Assembly: GCA_041937175.2 (NCBI GenBank)
Contig: CP166615.1
Coordinates: forward strand, 2,592,001 to 2,656,000
DNA from: Limnothrix sp. BL-A-16
GTDB lineage: Bacteria > Cyanobacteriota > Cyanobacteriia > CACIAM-69d
DNA: 64,000 bases
Reading direction: 5' to 3'
Shown: in pieces, positions 9,484-19,014 of the stretch
Layout: each line of letters starts with the position of its first letter
How positions within the stretch are numbered: the first letter of the stretch is position 1
Program-made: the position numbers and the translations under genes
Notes under the pieces: generated by a model
Databases searched by the model: none
Told to the model about the DNA's origin: nothing
The model's input: only the letters and a program-made list of their open reading frames with translations

Positions 9484-12400
9484 ATGTCGGACTCTATCTT
9501 TGGCTTGCCTGAATTTGTAGAACCCACTCCTTTGGGCGTTGTACCCACTTCACAGCCAACGATCGACCTCAGCCGACTGTTGCCACCTGTCCTGGCCAAT
9601 GGCCTTTCCACCAGCGAGCGGTTGGAACAAATCCAGCAATTACAAACCGGTAGCCTCACGGATCCCATCCTAGGTTCCAACCCACAAGCCACGGTTCCAG
9701 CAGGCCGCACCCAAAATGTGCGCCGTAACCCCGCGTTGGGCAACGGCACATCCACGCCAACCGGCGATGGCGGACTGGGCGGAACAGCTTCACCGATCGA
9801 CCCCTTGACCGGTGACTCACTGGATGACTCATCCACCACAGCGGATGGCAGCACTGGGGCGATCGAGCCAAAGCCCGCCCTGACCAGCCTGTCCACCGCC
9901 CCCACGTCCCCCGACATTCAGTTCACCTCCGGCGCTTTCACGGCCCTGAGCGCAACAGCCAGCGTTGAATTTCAATGGGATGGTGGCGGCTATAGCAATA
10001 CTCAGTTAGGCATTTTTTCCCTGGAAGGCATGGAGCAATTCACGGGCGATGCCTTCCACCGAGAAGCCGCCCGCCGCGCCACCACCAACTCCCCCACCGG
10101 CCACCTGCTGATTGACGATCGCACCGAAGGCGCAAAGTTCAGCGGCAAACTGAATCACGAAGACAACTTCAACCAAGGCCCCTTCAACGGAGTCAAAACC
10201 TTCAGCATCACTCCCGGGGCCAAATATGGCTTGATCCTGATTCCCGATGGAAAACTGGCGGACATCGCCACGGGCGCAGCCCAGGCGGAGGGGTCGCGCC
10301 GTCCGCTCTATTCCATGGCCACCGCCAACCCGGATCAGCTTTTCCAAGCTGGGCAGTTGGTGGAAGTGGGTTCAGACCCAACCCGGGGCAACACCTACGT
10401 TTTTGAAGATTTACGCCTCGATCAAGGAAGCGATCGGGACTACAACGATATCGTCGTGCGGTTGCGTGGGTTTAGTGGCTCTGTCCCCTCGATCGACCAA
10501 TACATCGACTCCAACAAAGATTGGCGCAAGGAAGAAGCTGGCAAGCTGTTGTTAGCCGATGCCTTGCCCTACGTCACCGTTGAGCCATCGCAACCAGCCC
10601 CCAGCGCTCCCACCCCTAGTCCTAGTCCCGCTCCTGGCAACGATCCATCCAGCAGCACAACCACCCCACCAACCCCAGCCCCCGGCCCAACGCCGCCCAA
10701 CACGGAACCCCCAGCCCCCAGCACTCCAGTGCCCAGCACTACGCCTGTTATTTCACCGCTGGGCACTTTCCCCTGGACTTACCCAACGCCTGAGGATCTG
10801 GCAGCCGCAGCCATCACACCCGCCAGCAAATTCCCGATCGTTGGGGTGATCGACACGGGGTTTGCCCGCAGCAACCCGGATTTGGACTACAGCAAAATCG
10901 TTTGGGGCAAGGACTACATCGACAACGATGCCGATCCGCTGCTGAATCCCGGCGAGGGCAACGAACATGGCACCCACATTCTGGGTCTGATCTCCGCCCT
11001 CCGCAACAATGGTGTGGGGATTGATGGCCTCGCACCCGATGCGCCAATTTGGGCGGCGCGGGCCGTGGGTTCGGGCAACTGGGCCAAAGCCTTGGTTGAT
11101 TACGTGGATTACATCAAGAGCAAGGGTCAAACCCGTGGGTTGGTGAACCTGAGCTTTGACCTGACCCAAAAGAACGCCGACGGGACGATTTCGACGCGCT
11201 ACGAGTTCACCCCAGAAGAGCGGGTGGCGATCGAGACAGCTCGCCAAGCGGGCGTCATCTTAGTTGTGGCGGCGGGCAACAGTGGCACGGGGGATATGTC
11301 CGTGTTGGCTCAGGCGGCTCAGGAGTTTGACAACATCATTTCGGTGGCGGCGGCGGAACAGATCGATCGCTCGGTGGCGATCGCTGATGGAGCGGCCAAA
11401 ACCGACTATTCCAGCAGTGGCAAAAAGCTAACCCTCAGTGCGATCGGCGGGACGATCGAGCAGGGGATTCCATCGCTGCTGGCAGAAGGGCTAGGCACGA
11501 TGGCGGGCACGTCGGTTGCCACAGCGAAGGTGACGGCGAATGCGGCTCTGGCGTGGGCGGCGAATCCCAGCCTGAACTATCTGCAAGTCAAGGATGTTCT
11601 GACCAAAACAGCGACCGACATCGAAGCCCCTGGCTACGACGAGCTGACGGGGTATGGGATCGTCAATGGCGCAGCGGCAATTTCTTTGGCCAAAATGACG
11701 AAGGGCGAAACCTACAACCCTGAGCCTTGGTTTGCGCCGGATAGTTGGAGCGGCGAAGGATTTGCAACCCCTTGGGAACGCGAAGTAGCAGCCCTAGATT
11801 CCTACGCGATCAGGTCTAACCCAAGTAGCTCTGGATACATGGGGCTGTTTTTGTACGATGCCCGATGGTATCAAATGTCTGCTGAAGCTATTGAGCGTGA
11901 TGACGTAAGGCGCAATTTCCTAGGCTACTCCCATGCCACTTTTCGTACTTTTGTAGATTTCGTACCGCCTAGGATTAGCAATGATATTAGGTTAGTGCCT
12001 GTTGCTTACCATGCAGGAGTTCCCTACAAGTGGACAACCAAGAGTACAAGTACCCTAAAAGCCGAGTTAGGACGTGACCCCACTTTTGATGATCTCGTAC
12101 GGATTGCTAGACCGGATTTAGTTCCCGGGGATCCAGCCTATGCTGCGTTCGAGCTTTTCCTAGTACGACAGCACAAGGCACGTCCCGTAAGTACAACAGG
12201 AACGGGTCGGACAGGGGTTTTATCATCATCCCCGCTGGTCTATATTCCTCAGCCCTGGACGGAGCTAGCTAACTTTGCCACGCTAGTTCCTGACACTATC
12301 AGCCTCGCGAACAGCGCCTATGCTAAAAACGGTGGCTCTAGCACTTTAGGATCACCAGTATCCGGTCAAGGTTTAGGTAAATTCGACTCGCAAATCTACT

Positions 12401-15400
12401 CATCCTTGACAGTCAAGTCTCAAGTGTTGACTGGTGGTTCAGAAGGGGCAGGTGCACTGGTTTTAAACAGAGCCGAGAGTGAGGCCTTCTGGCTCAGAGG
12501 AGATTTCTTCATCGGTCAGTATATGATTGGTGCAGCCAACTTTGGACTGCCCACTTCGGATCGATACAAGTTTGGAAGTGGTGAGCGACAAGACTTTGAG
12601 ACAGGCGCTGTTTTTTATACAGGCTCTTCTTTCACTACCTTGCTTGGTCAGGCAGGAAGTTATTATCAAAAAACGCTGACGAACGCCCAGCGTAACCAAC
12701 TGGGTATGCTGACTGGATCAGCAGTTTTCTCCAATGGGCAATTTACTTACCCCTTCGCTGGTGGCAGCCTAAAGTACAGCTCGTCGGGCGTATTCTCCAT
12801 CGAGTTTAACTGGACAAATTATCCTTCCGTAGCTGCTGGTAACTGGACGGGTACAGGATCAGTACGTCTGCAAAATCCGCCTCAACCTGGGACGATGGCT
12901 GGTTTACCCAATACAGCAGGTGCTTATCAATACAGCACTAGAAGTGCCAACGGTGCGATCGCCCACTATTACGCGAATGGCAACCTTCAGCAACAACCCA
13001 ACAGCGCCAAGATCTACTGGTATCAAATACCGGGCACTACCCAGTTGTCATCAACCAACCCCATTACTACACCAACATCAACCAAACTCACTCCTGCTTC
13101 AGTACTCTTCGATCAGCCTGTCATCAGCTATGAGAGTAACGCGCCAGCATCACTCAATCTTTATTCAAGTCTCAAGCAAGGAAGTTTGAGCAGCACCAAC
13201 CCTGACGACCTGTTCTATTTTGATGTTACGAAGCCTGGCGAGTATATTCAGTGGAACGCCAAAACATTGTCTGGCAATCTCAGGATGCAAATTATTCGGG
13301 ATGCCAACAATAACAACCTTTTGGATGCTAACGAAACAGTCAAGACAATTTCTCTAGGCTCCAATAGCAGCCAATCGATGACTTTTGAGGACAAGGGACG
13401 TTACTATATTCGTCTTTTGCCTGAATCTGGAAGTTCAGCAAGCTACCAGTTGAGTGCGATCGGCTCGCCTTACCGCCCCCTTCATCACGGCGCTGACTTC
13501 AACCGTGACGGGCTAACCGATTTTGCGTACCAAGGAAAAGGAGCTGGCAACAATAGTGCAAGCGTATTTACCTATGGTGCTGCTGGGATCGGCAAATTCA
13601 CTGATCTTCGTAATGATCTTGAGGGTAGTCGTGTCAACTTGATTTGGGGTGACTTTAATGGCGATCGTCGCCCAGACTACATCCGGCAGGAAAAAGCAGA
13701 TTGGGCAACTTGGAACAATAGCAACAATACAAGCAACATTAATGGAAACAACACTACTGAAAACAACACTGAATTGTGGCTAGCTGGTGCTGATGGCAAG
13801 AGTTTTTACGAGGAGCGGGATCTAGAGGCAGCGACTGGTAGTAGCTTCAATGGCAATTTTGTAAACCTCATCCCTGGCGATTTCAATGGCGATGGGAAAA
13901 CAGACTTCATCCGCCAAGAAAAAAGTGACTGGGATAACCATGGCAGTCGCGATGCCGAAGTGTGGCTCAATACGGGTGCTGTTGACTTCAAAATGGTTCA
14001 CAGCCTGACTTTCAATGGCGATGGATTTAAGGGTGATTACGTCAACCTCATCCCTGGCGACTTTGATGGTGACGGCCGGACAGATTTTATCCGACAGGAG
14101 AAAAATAACTGGGATGACGATGGAAGCAACACAGCCGTTGTGTTTCTGTCTAATGGCAATGGCCAGTTTCGTCAGGGAGCCGTTCTCAATAACTCCGAAA
14201 ATGATCTGCGGGGAGATTTTACGAATCTAATCCCCGGTGACTTCAATGGTGATGGAAAAACAGACTTCATTCGTCAGGAAAAGAATACCTGGGATGACGA
14301 TGAAGGTCGTACCGCCGAAGTCTGGCTATCCAATGGAGGTATGAGTCAATTCACTCGTGTTTCAACTCCTCTCCGCCATGATGGTGATGACTTCAAGGGT
14401 AGTTTCGTCAATATTATTCCCGGTGACTTCAATGGCGACGGGCGCACTGATATCCTGCGCCAGAAGTTTGGCCCACGAGATCAGGACAACCATCGAACAG
14501 CAGAAATTTTTCTGTCAAATGGAGATGGGACGTTCAGCAAAAATCCCCAATTGATTCAGTATGGGAATAACTATTTCAAAGGAACCTCCACCAACATTTT
14601 GACGGGCGCACTGGGCGGTACTGCTCCATTTTACGAACATACAGACAGCAGGAGTGGCTGGGTTGTTGAGTATCATGGCTGGCCTAGCAATCGTCCCAAA
14701 CCTGTGGATTTAGGGTGGGATCGTGATGATGTTCTTGGATCGACGCGGCTTGATTCCAATATCCGTTCAGATGGTAAGCGTGGCTTCCAGATGGATTGGG
14801 GACATGATGCGCCGGATGCGCGAGTTCCTAATGATCAGTTTGCGATGCGTGCCTATACTCAATACAGCTTTGAGGCAGGTAAGACCTATGTGGCAAAGGT
14901 GAAAGCAGATGATGGTTATCGTCTCTTTGCCAAACATATTGGCACGAACAAATGGGAAAACTTCATGGCCGATGGATTCCGTAAAGATGCTTACGGAGCG
15001 CACAAAGAAATTCAGTTTACTGTGCCGCAGTCGGGTACCTATGACTTCCACTTCGAGTTCTATGATGACACCAGCGATGCCTACTTCGATTTAACAATTG
15101 ATGAGGCTTCTCGTGTAGAAAACTACTACCCTAACATCGAGTCAACACTCATCGAGTTCTTTGGAAATCGTGCCAATACAAATGGCGAAGATTGGTCTCA
15201 AAGGAGCATTGACACAATGTGGGATCGTATTTCTGGTGAGAGTGCTCAGTTTGGAACCAGAGCGAGTAGTTTCTATGATTCTGGAGATATTTGGCAGCAG
15301 GATTCGCCTGAGGATATTTTGAGAATTTATGACGATCTTTCTCGGGATATTCTAGGGTCTGTTAAGCCTCTGACCACGGGCTATGCCTATGACAGAGGAT

Positions 15401-16338
15401 ACTACTCAGCGTATGGTGCTCATTCTGGCTTGGATATTGATACCATTCGTGGAGATGTAATTCGATCTGCAACACGAGGAAAGTTCGCTTTTGCCAAGCA
15501 CTATCAGTCTCCTGGGAATCCCAACGGTTGGTGGATTGCAATTGACGAGATAGATGCTAATGATGCAAGAACTGGACGGCGCTGGTGGTACGGACACCTT
15601 GGTAGCTCTCGCTTCTCATCTGTTGGGGAAATCATTGAGCGTGGAACTGTGATTGGAGATGCTGGCGACGAGAGTGGCTATGCAAACCATCTTCATCTTA
15701 TGGTGGTGAATACATACGGAGACCCACCAACTTCTTGGAATGAGGCGGTTAACGGGACAGGACGTGGTTATGCAGGAGATGTACAAAACGTCCTAGAACG
15801 AACCATGAGCCCACTCCAAGCTTACTGGGAGTCTCGCAATGAGAATGGGCAACCTCCTGGTAACAATATTCAAGTGCCTAGTAGTGGAACTGTCAGTCAA
15901 GCAGGTTTAGAGTTCATTGCTCGGCATGAAGGTCTACGATTGGATCTGTACAACGATCCTGCAGGACATTGCACAATTGGTGTTGGTCATCTAGTTCATC
16001 GAGGTAACTGCAACGGCAGTGAATCAACAGAGTTTCGGAACGGAATTACAAGAGACCGTGCCCTTGATCTTCTGAACCAAGATGCTAGTGGCGCAGCCAA
16101 CACCGTCCGCCAGTACGTAACTGTGCCTTTGAATCAGAATCAGTTTGATGCTTTGGTCAGCTTTGTTTTTAATGTGGGATCGGGTAACTTTCAAGCATCC
16201 AATCTCTTAATACGTTTGAACCAAGGAGAGTATAGTGCTGTTCCTTCAGAGCTCAATCGTTGGAATAAGGCTGGTGGTGTGGTACTACCAGGCTTAGTTA
16301 CACGCCGGAAGGAAGAAGGCGATCTCTTTACCAGCTAG
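9484..16338 (+). CDS. Giant multidomain protein: DUF4114-like, Pro-rich linker, S8 subtilase, LGFP-like, PPC, FG-GAP repeats, PA14, M23 peptidase, GH24 lysozyme
   Basis: Uninterrupted ~2,284-codon ORF from ATG 9484. Motifs: FEDLRLDQGSDRDYNDIV; VIDTG/EHGTH/AAGNS/GTSVA; six G/ADFxxD repeats; ADDGYRL; HSGLD/YGHL/HLH; HEGLRLDLYNDPAGHCTIGVGH...LNQNQFDALVSFVFNVG...GLVTRRKEE. Confidence 0.88.
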   Translation: MSDSIFGLPEFVEPTPLGVVPTSQPTIDLSRLLPPVLANGLSTSERLEQIQQLQTGSLTDPILGSNPQATVPAGRTQNVRRNPALGNGTSTPTGDGGLGGTASPIDPLTGDSLDDSSTTADGSTGAIEPKPALTSLSTAPTSPDIQFTSGAFTALSATASVEFQWDGGGYSNTQLGIFSLEGMEQFTGDAFHREAARRATTNSPTGHLLIDDRTEGAKFSGKLNHEDNFNQGPFNGVKTFSITPGAKYGLILIPDGKLADIATGAAQAEGSRRPLYSMATANPDQLFQAGQLVEVGSDPTRGNTYVFEDLRLDQGSDRDYNDIVVRLRGFSGSVPSIDQYIDSNKDWRKEEAGKLLLADALPYVTVEPSQPAPSAPTPSPSPAPGNDPSSSTTTPPTPAPGPTPPNTEPPAPSTPVPSTTPVISPLGTFPWTYPTPEDLAAAAITPASKFPIVGVIDTGFARSNPDLDYSKIVWGKDYIDNDADPLLNPGEGNEHGTHILGLISALRNNGVGIDGLAPDAPIWAARAVGSGNWAKALVDYVDYIKSKGQTRGLVNLSFDLTQKNADGTISTRYEFTPEERVAIETARQAGVILVVAAGNSGTGDMSVLAQAAQEFDNIISVAAAEQIDRSVAIADGAAKTDYSSSGKKLTLSAIGGTIEQGIPSLLAEGLGTMAGTSVATAKVTANAALAWAANPSLNYLQVKDVLTKTATDIEAPGYDELTGYGIVNGAAAISLAKMTKGETYNPEPWFAPDSWSGEGFATPWEREVAALDSYAIRSNPSSSGYMGLFLYDARWYQMSAEAIERDDVRRNFLGYSHATFRTFVDFVPPRISNDIRLVPVAYHAGVPYKWTTKSTSTLKAELGRDPTFDDLVRIARPDLVPGDPAYAAFELFLVRQHKARPVSTTGTGRTGVLSSSPLVYIPQPWTELANFATLVPDTISLANSAYAKNGGSSTLGSPVSGQGLGKFDSQIYSSLTVKSQVLTGGSEGAGALVLNRAESEAFWLRGDFFIGQYMIGAANFGLPTSDRYKFGSGERQDFETGAVFYTGSSFTTLLGQAGSYYQKTLTNAQRNQLGMLTGSAVFSNGQFTYPFAGGSLKYSSSGVFSIEFNWTNYPSVAAGNWTGTGSVRLQNPPQPGTMAGLPNTAGAYQYSTRSANGAIAHYYANGNLQQQPNSAKIYWYQIPGTTQLSSTNPITTPTSTKLTPASVLFDQPVISYESNAPASLNLYSSLKQGSLSSTNPDDLFYFDVTKPGEYIQWNAKTLSGNLRMQIIRDANNNNLLDANETVKTISLGSNSSQSMTFEDKGRYYIRLLPESGSSASYQLSAIGSPYRPLHHGADFNRDGLTDFAYQGKGAGNNSASVFTYGAAGIGKFTDLRNDLEGSRVNLIWGDFNGDRRPDYIRQEKADWATWNNSNNTSNINGNNTTENNTELWLAGADGKSFYEERDLEAATGSSFNGNFVNLIPGDFNGDGKTDFIRQEKSDWDNHGSRDAEVWLNTGAVDFKMVHSLTFNGDGFKGDYVNLIPGDFDGDGRTDFIRQEKNNWDDDGSNTAVVFLSNGNGQFRQGAVLNNSENDLRGDFTNLIPGDFNGDGKTDFIRQEKNTWDDDEGRTAEVWLSNGGMSQFTRVSTPLRHDGDDFKGSFVNIIPGDFNGDGRTDILRQKFGPRDQDNHRTAEIFLSNGDGTFSKNPQLIQYGNNYFKGTSTNILTGALGGTAPFYEHTDSRSGWVVEYHGWPSNRPKPVDLGWDRDDVLGSTRLDSNIRSDGKRGFQMDWGHDAPDARVPNDQFAMRAYTQYSFEAGKTYVAKVKADDGYRLFAKHIGTNKWENFMADGFRKDAYGAHKEIQFTVPQSGTYDFHFEFYDDTSDAYFDLTIDEASRVENYYPNIESTLIEFFGNRANTNGEDWSQRSIDTMWDRISGESAQFGTRASSFYDSGDIWQQDSPEDILRIYDDLSRDILGSVKPLTTGYAYDRGYYSAYGAHSGLDIDTIRGDVIRSATRGKFAFAKHYQSPGNPNGWWIAIDEIDANDARTGRRWWYGHLGSSRFSSVGEIIERGTVIGDAGDESGYANHLHLMVVNTYGDPPTSWNEAVNGTGRGYAGDVQNVLERTMSPLQAYWESRNENGQPPGNNIQVPSSGTVSQAGLEFIARHEGLRLDLYNDPAGHCTIGVGHLVHRGNCNGSESTEFRNGITRDRALDLLNQDASGAANTVRQYVTVPLNQNQFDALVSFVFNVGSGNFQASNLLIRLNQGEYSAVPSELNRWNKAGGVVLPGLVTRRKEEGDLFTS

Positions 16339-16347
16339 ATACGAAGC

Positions 16348-16372
16348 GGGCGATCGCCCTTGCTAGACTGGG
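16348..16372 (+). repeat. 25-bp direct repeat, copy 1 (HIP1 core plus TGcTAGACT extended -10-like motif)
   Basis: GGGCGATCGCCCTTGCTAGACTGGG; matches 17086-17110 at 24/25; ~40 bp upstream of the antitoxin ATG. Confidence 0.75.
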
Positions 16373-16413
16373 AATCGCCAGCCGATCGCCCCCACGAGAT
16401 CTGAGGCAACCCT

Positions 16414-16647
16414 ATGGCTCTGTTAACGCTGGAAATTTCCCTAGAGATTCTTTTAGAAGCGATCGCCCATTGGGATCGGAGTGATCGACTGCAACTGTGG
16501 CAATTCCTCAGTGACGATCTTTTCAGCGATGTGGAAACAGAGATCGATCGATCGCCCACCGAAGATCTCCGACAATCACTTCAGGAAATGCACTCAGGGC
16601 AAACTTTTCCCATCGAACAAATGTGGCTGGTCGTCGAAGCCAATTAA
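16414..16647 (+). CDS. Putative antitoxin (small acidic protein upstream of a RelE-like toxin)
   Basis: 77 aa, acidic, ends LRQSLQEMHSGQTFPIEQMW; 6 bp upstream of the toxin. Confidence 0.7.
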   Translation: MALLTLEISLEILLEAIAHWDRSDRLQLWQFLSDDLFSDVETEIDRSPTEDLRQSLQEMHSGQTFPIEQMWLVVEAN

Positions 16648-16653
16648 CCAGCC

Positions 16654-16986
16654 ATGTCAATCGAGGTTACACCCACCTTCACGCGAAAGGTTCGCACCCT
16701 GCTTAAGCGTTATCGAAGTCTGCGCCAAGACTTACAGCCCATACTAGACCAACTCGCGCAGGGCGAACGTCCCGGTGATCGCCTCCAAGGCATGTCGCTT
16801 AACGTCTTCAAAGTACGAATTAAAAACAGTGATATTGGCAAGAGAAAAAGCGCTGGATATCGTCTGATCTATTACGCAGAATTAGCAGAACGAATTGTTC
16901 TATTAACGATTTATAGCAAAAGTGATCGCACAGATATTGGTTCGCAAGAAATTCTTGAAATTCTTCGTGAATTCGATTCGCCCTAA
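16654..16986 (+). CDS. Type II toxin, RelE/ParE (HigB2-like) family
   Basis: GDRLQG...VFKVRIKNSDIGKRKSAGYRLIYY...IVLLTIYSKSD. Confidence 0.85.
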   Translation: MSIEVTPTFTRKVRTLLKRYRSLRQDLQPILDQLAQGERPGDRLQGMSLNVFKVRIKNSDIGKRKSAGYRLIYYAELAERIVLLTIYSKSDRTDIGSQEILEILREFDSP

Positions 16987-17085
16987 AATAGCATCATGCA
17001 CCTCGATGATCAGCAACCTTAAAGATCATAGCTGCGATCCGAGTTTGATAAGGCGACCGTAGCACTATGATCGTGACCCATCGCA

Positions 17086-17110
17086 GGGTGATCGCCCTTG
17101 CTAGACTGGG
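17086..17110 (+). repeat. 25-bp direct repeat, copy 2
   Basis: GGGTGATCGCCCTTGCTAGACTGGG, 40 bp upstream of the Uma2 ATG. Confidence 0.75.
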
Positions 17111-17150
17111 GTTCAGTTCCCTTGGCTTGCAGCGTTGCTCACCCTAGCCC

Positions 17151-17768
17151 ATGGTTGCCCTGCCCGATCGCCTCTCCGTCACGGACTACTTTGCCCTAGA
17201 AGCCATCAGCCCCACCAAGCATGAGTATTGGGATGGCTATCTGGTGGCCATGGCCGGGGCGAGCGATGCCCATGTGGCGATCGTGGGCAACCTATTTGCT
17301 GCGCTGTTGGGACACATTGCGCCGCCCTGTCGGATCTATATAACTGATATGCGCCTGCAAATTGCCAATAAAAATCGCTATTTTTATCCCGATCTCCTGG
17401 TGACTTGCGACCCCAGAGATACGATCATTACGCCTGAAAATAATTACGCCAAACAGTTTCCAACCTTAATTGTTGAAGTGCTGTCAGACACCACAGAACT
17501 ACGCGATCGCGGTAGCAAGTTTTTTGACTATCAACAGATCGAAAGTCTCCAGGAATATGCCCTGATTAATACCAATTGTCAGCGCGTTGAATGCTTCCGT
17601 CGTAACCAGGAGGATGATTGGGTACTGACCACCTACACACCCGATCGCGCCGATCGATTCCAACTCAAATCCATCGACTTTACGGGAACCCTGACGCAGC
17701 TTTATCGCAATGCGATCGCCCTGCCCAGTTCCCCAGCCTTTGATTCAGACCCACCCGATCGCCCTTAG
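17151..17768 (+). CDS. Uma2 (DUF820) family PD-(D/E)xK endonuclease-like protein
   Basis: KHEYWDGYLVAMAGASDAH, YFYPDLLVTCD, LIVEVLSDTTELRDRGSKF, SLQEYALI. Confidence 0.9.
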   Translation: MVALPDRLSVTDYFALEAISPTKHEYWDGYLVAMAGASDAHVAIVGNLFAALLGHIAPPCRIYITDMRLQIANKNRYFYPDLLVTCDPRDTIITPENNYAKQFPTLIVEVLSDTTELRDRGSKFFDYQQIESLQEYALINTNCQRVECFRRNQEDDWVLTTYTPDRADRFQLKSIDFTGTLTQLYRNAIALPSSPAFDSDPPDRP

Positions 17769-18093
17769 TCGCCATCACCGTCACTATCTCCTATGGCAGT
17801 TTTATCCACTTGATGGGAGGAGCGATTGCCCTTGCTCGGCCCGCCAGCCCTCGCTCTTGCAACAATTAAAGGCTTTTATTAAAGATTGAATGAAGGATTG
17901 TCCGAAAAAAGGTTTTTAGTTGCTTAAGTTAAAGATTTTGTGAAAAGTAGACTCAAAAACGACTAATTTGGCGGATATTTTTTAAGTTTTAATTGATACA
18001 TCAAAGCTTATTTATCTCCAGCTCTATCGATATAATCAATGCAGGGTGACAGTCATTGAATTGTCTTCATCTTGATATTCCCCCCATAGATCT

Positions 18094-19014
18094 ATGAAGC
18101 TTCTTAAAACGGCTCTGAGTTTGACTGCGATTGTCACCTCTTCAGTGGCCGCCTGCTTGGCAGGTTCTGCGCCAGCCCAAGCCTATCGAATGTTTTTAGG
18201 CGAAGATTTAAATTCAAACCCTTGGGCTCCAACCTCTAATCGCACCAACTCTCAGGCAGCAGAAGCCGCTTTTTTGTCAAATTTGACCGGTGTGGGTACT
18301 GAGACCTTTGAAAGTCAAATCACCGGCACTAACAATCTTCTAAATGTTTCATTTCCCGGAGCTGGAACGGCAACACTCTCGGGAAATGGTCGAATTTCAA
18401 GCGTGCCCGTGGGCTGGACAAATGGCGTTGGTCGCTATGCCGTTTCTGGGACTCAATTTTGGGAAGTGGACGCTGGGGGACACTTCACAATCAATTTCAG
18501 TCAGCAGGTGGGAGCTTTTGGGTTTTATGGGGTTGATATTGGTGATTTTGGTGGCCAATTAACCCTGACTTTGGCGGGCGCATCCACCACAAAACAGGTG
18601 ACGGTTAATAACACAATCGGCTCGTCGGGCAGCACGGATGGTTCTGTGCTGTTCTTTGGCATTATTGCGGAAACGATGGAGGAGGCGTTCAGTAGTGTTT
18701 CCTTCAGCATGTCAACGGGTCAAGGCGATGTTTTTGCCTTTGACAACATGACGGTGGGCGGTCTGTCTCAGGTCAAAACTCCGGAGCCATCCCCCCAGCC
18801 CAGTCCTGAGCCGACTCCGGAACCCAGTCCTGAACCCACTGTGACTCCGGAACCCGGCCCTAGCCCAACCCCCAGCCCCTCAGCAACTCCTACGCCGCAA
18901 CCCACGCAGCCCACGGATCCGGTGTCAGTGCCGGAGCCGGGATCGATCGGGGCCTTGTTCCTGGTGGGAGCCATGGGAGTCCTGGGTTTGGGTCGTCGTC
19001 GCCGCGCTGACTGA
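18094..19014 (+). CDS. PEP-CTERM sorting-domain surface protein with Pro/Thr/Glu-rich linker
   Basis: Signal peptide ending APAQA; C-terminal VPEPGSIGALFLVGAMGVLGLGRRRR; PEP(S/T) repeats. Confidence 0.88.
   Translation: MKLLKTALSLTAIVTSSVAACLAGSAPAQAYRMFLGEDLNSNPWAPTSNRTNSQAAEAAFLSNLTGVGTETFESQITGTNNLLNVSFPGAGTATLSGNGRISSVPVGWTNGVGRYAVSGTQFWEVDAGGHFTINFSQQVGAFGFYGVDIGDFGGQLTLTLAGASTTKQVTVNNTIGSSGSTDGSVLFFGIIAETMEEAFSSVSFSMSTGQGDVFAFDNMTVGGLSQVKTPEPSPQPSPEPTPEPSPEPTVTPEPGPSPTPSPSATPTPQPTQPTDPVSVPEPGSIGALFLVGAMGVLGLGRRRRAD

Noticed and set aside
15890..16338. Phage-type lysozyme as a sign of a prophage
   Set aside because: It is a fused C-terminal domain; no holin, structural, terminase or integrase genes are in the window.
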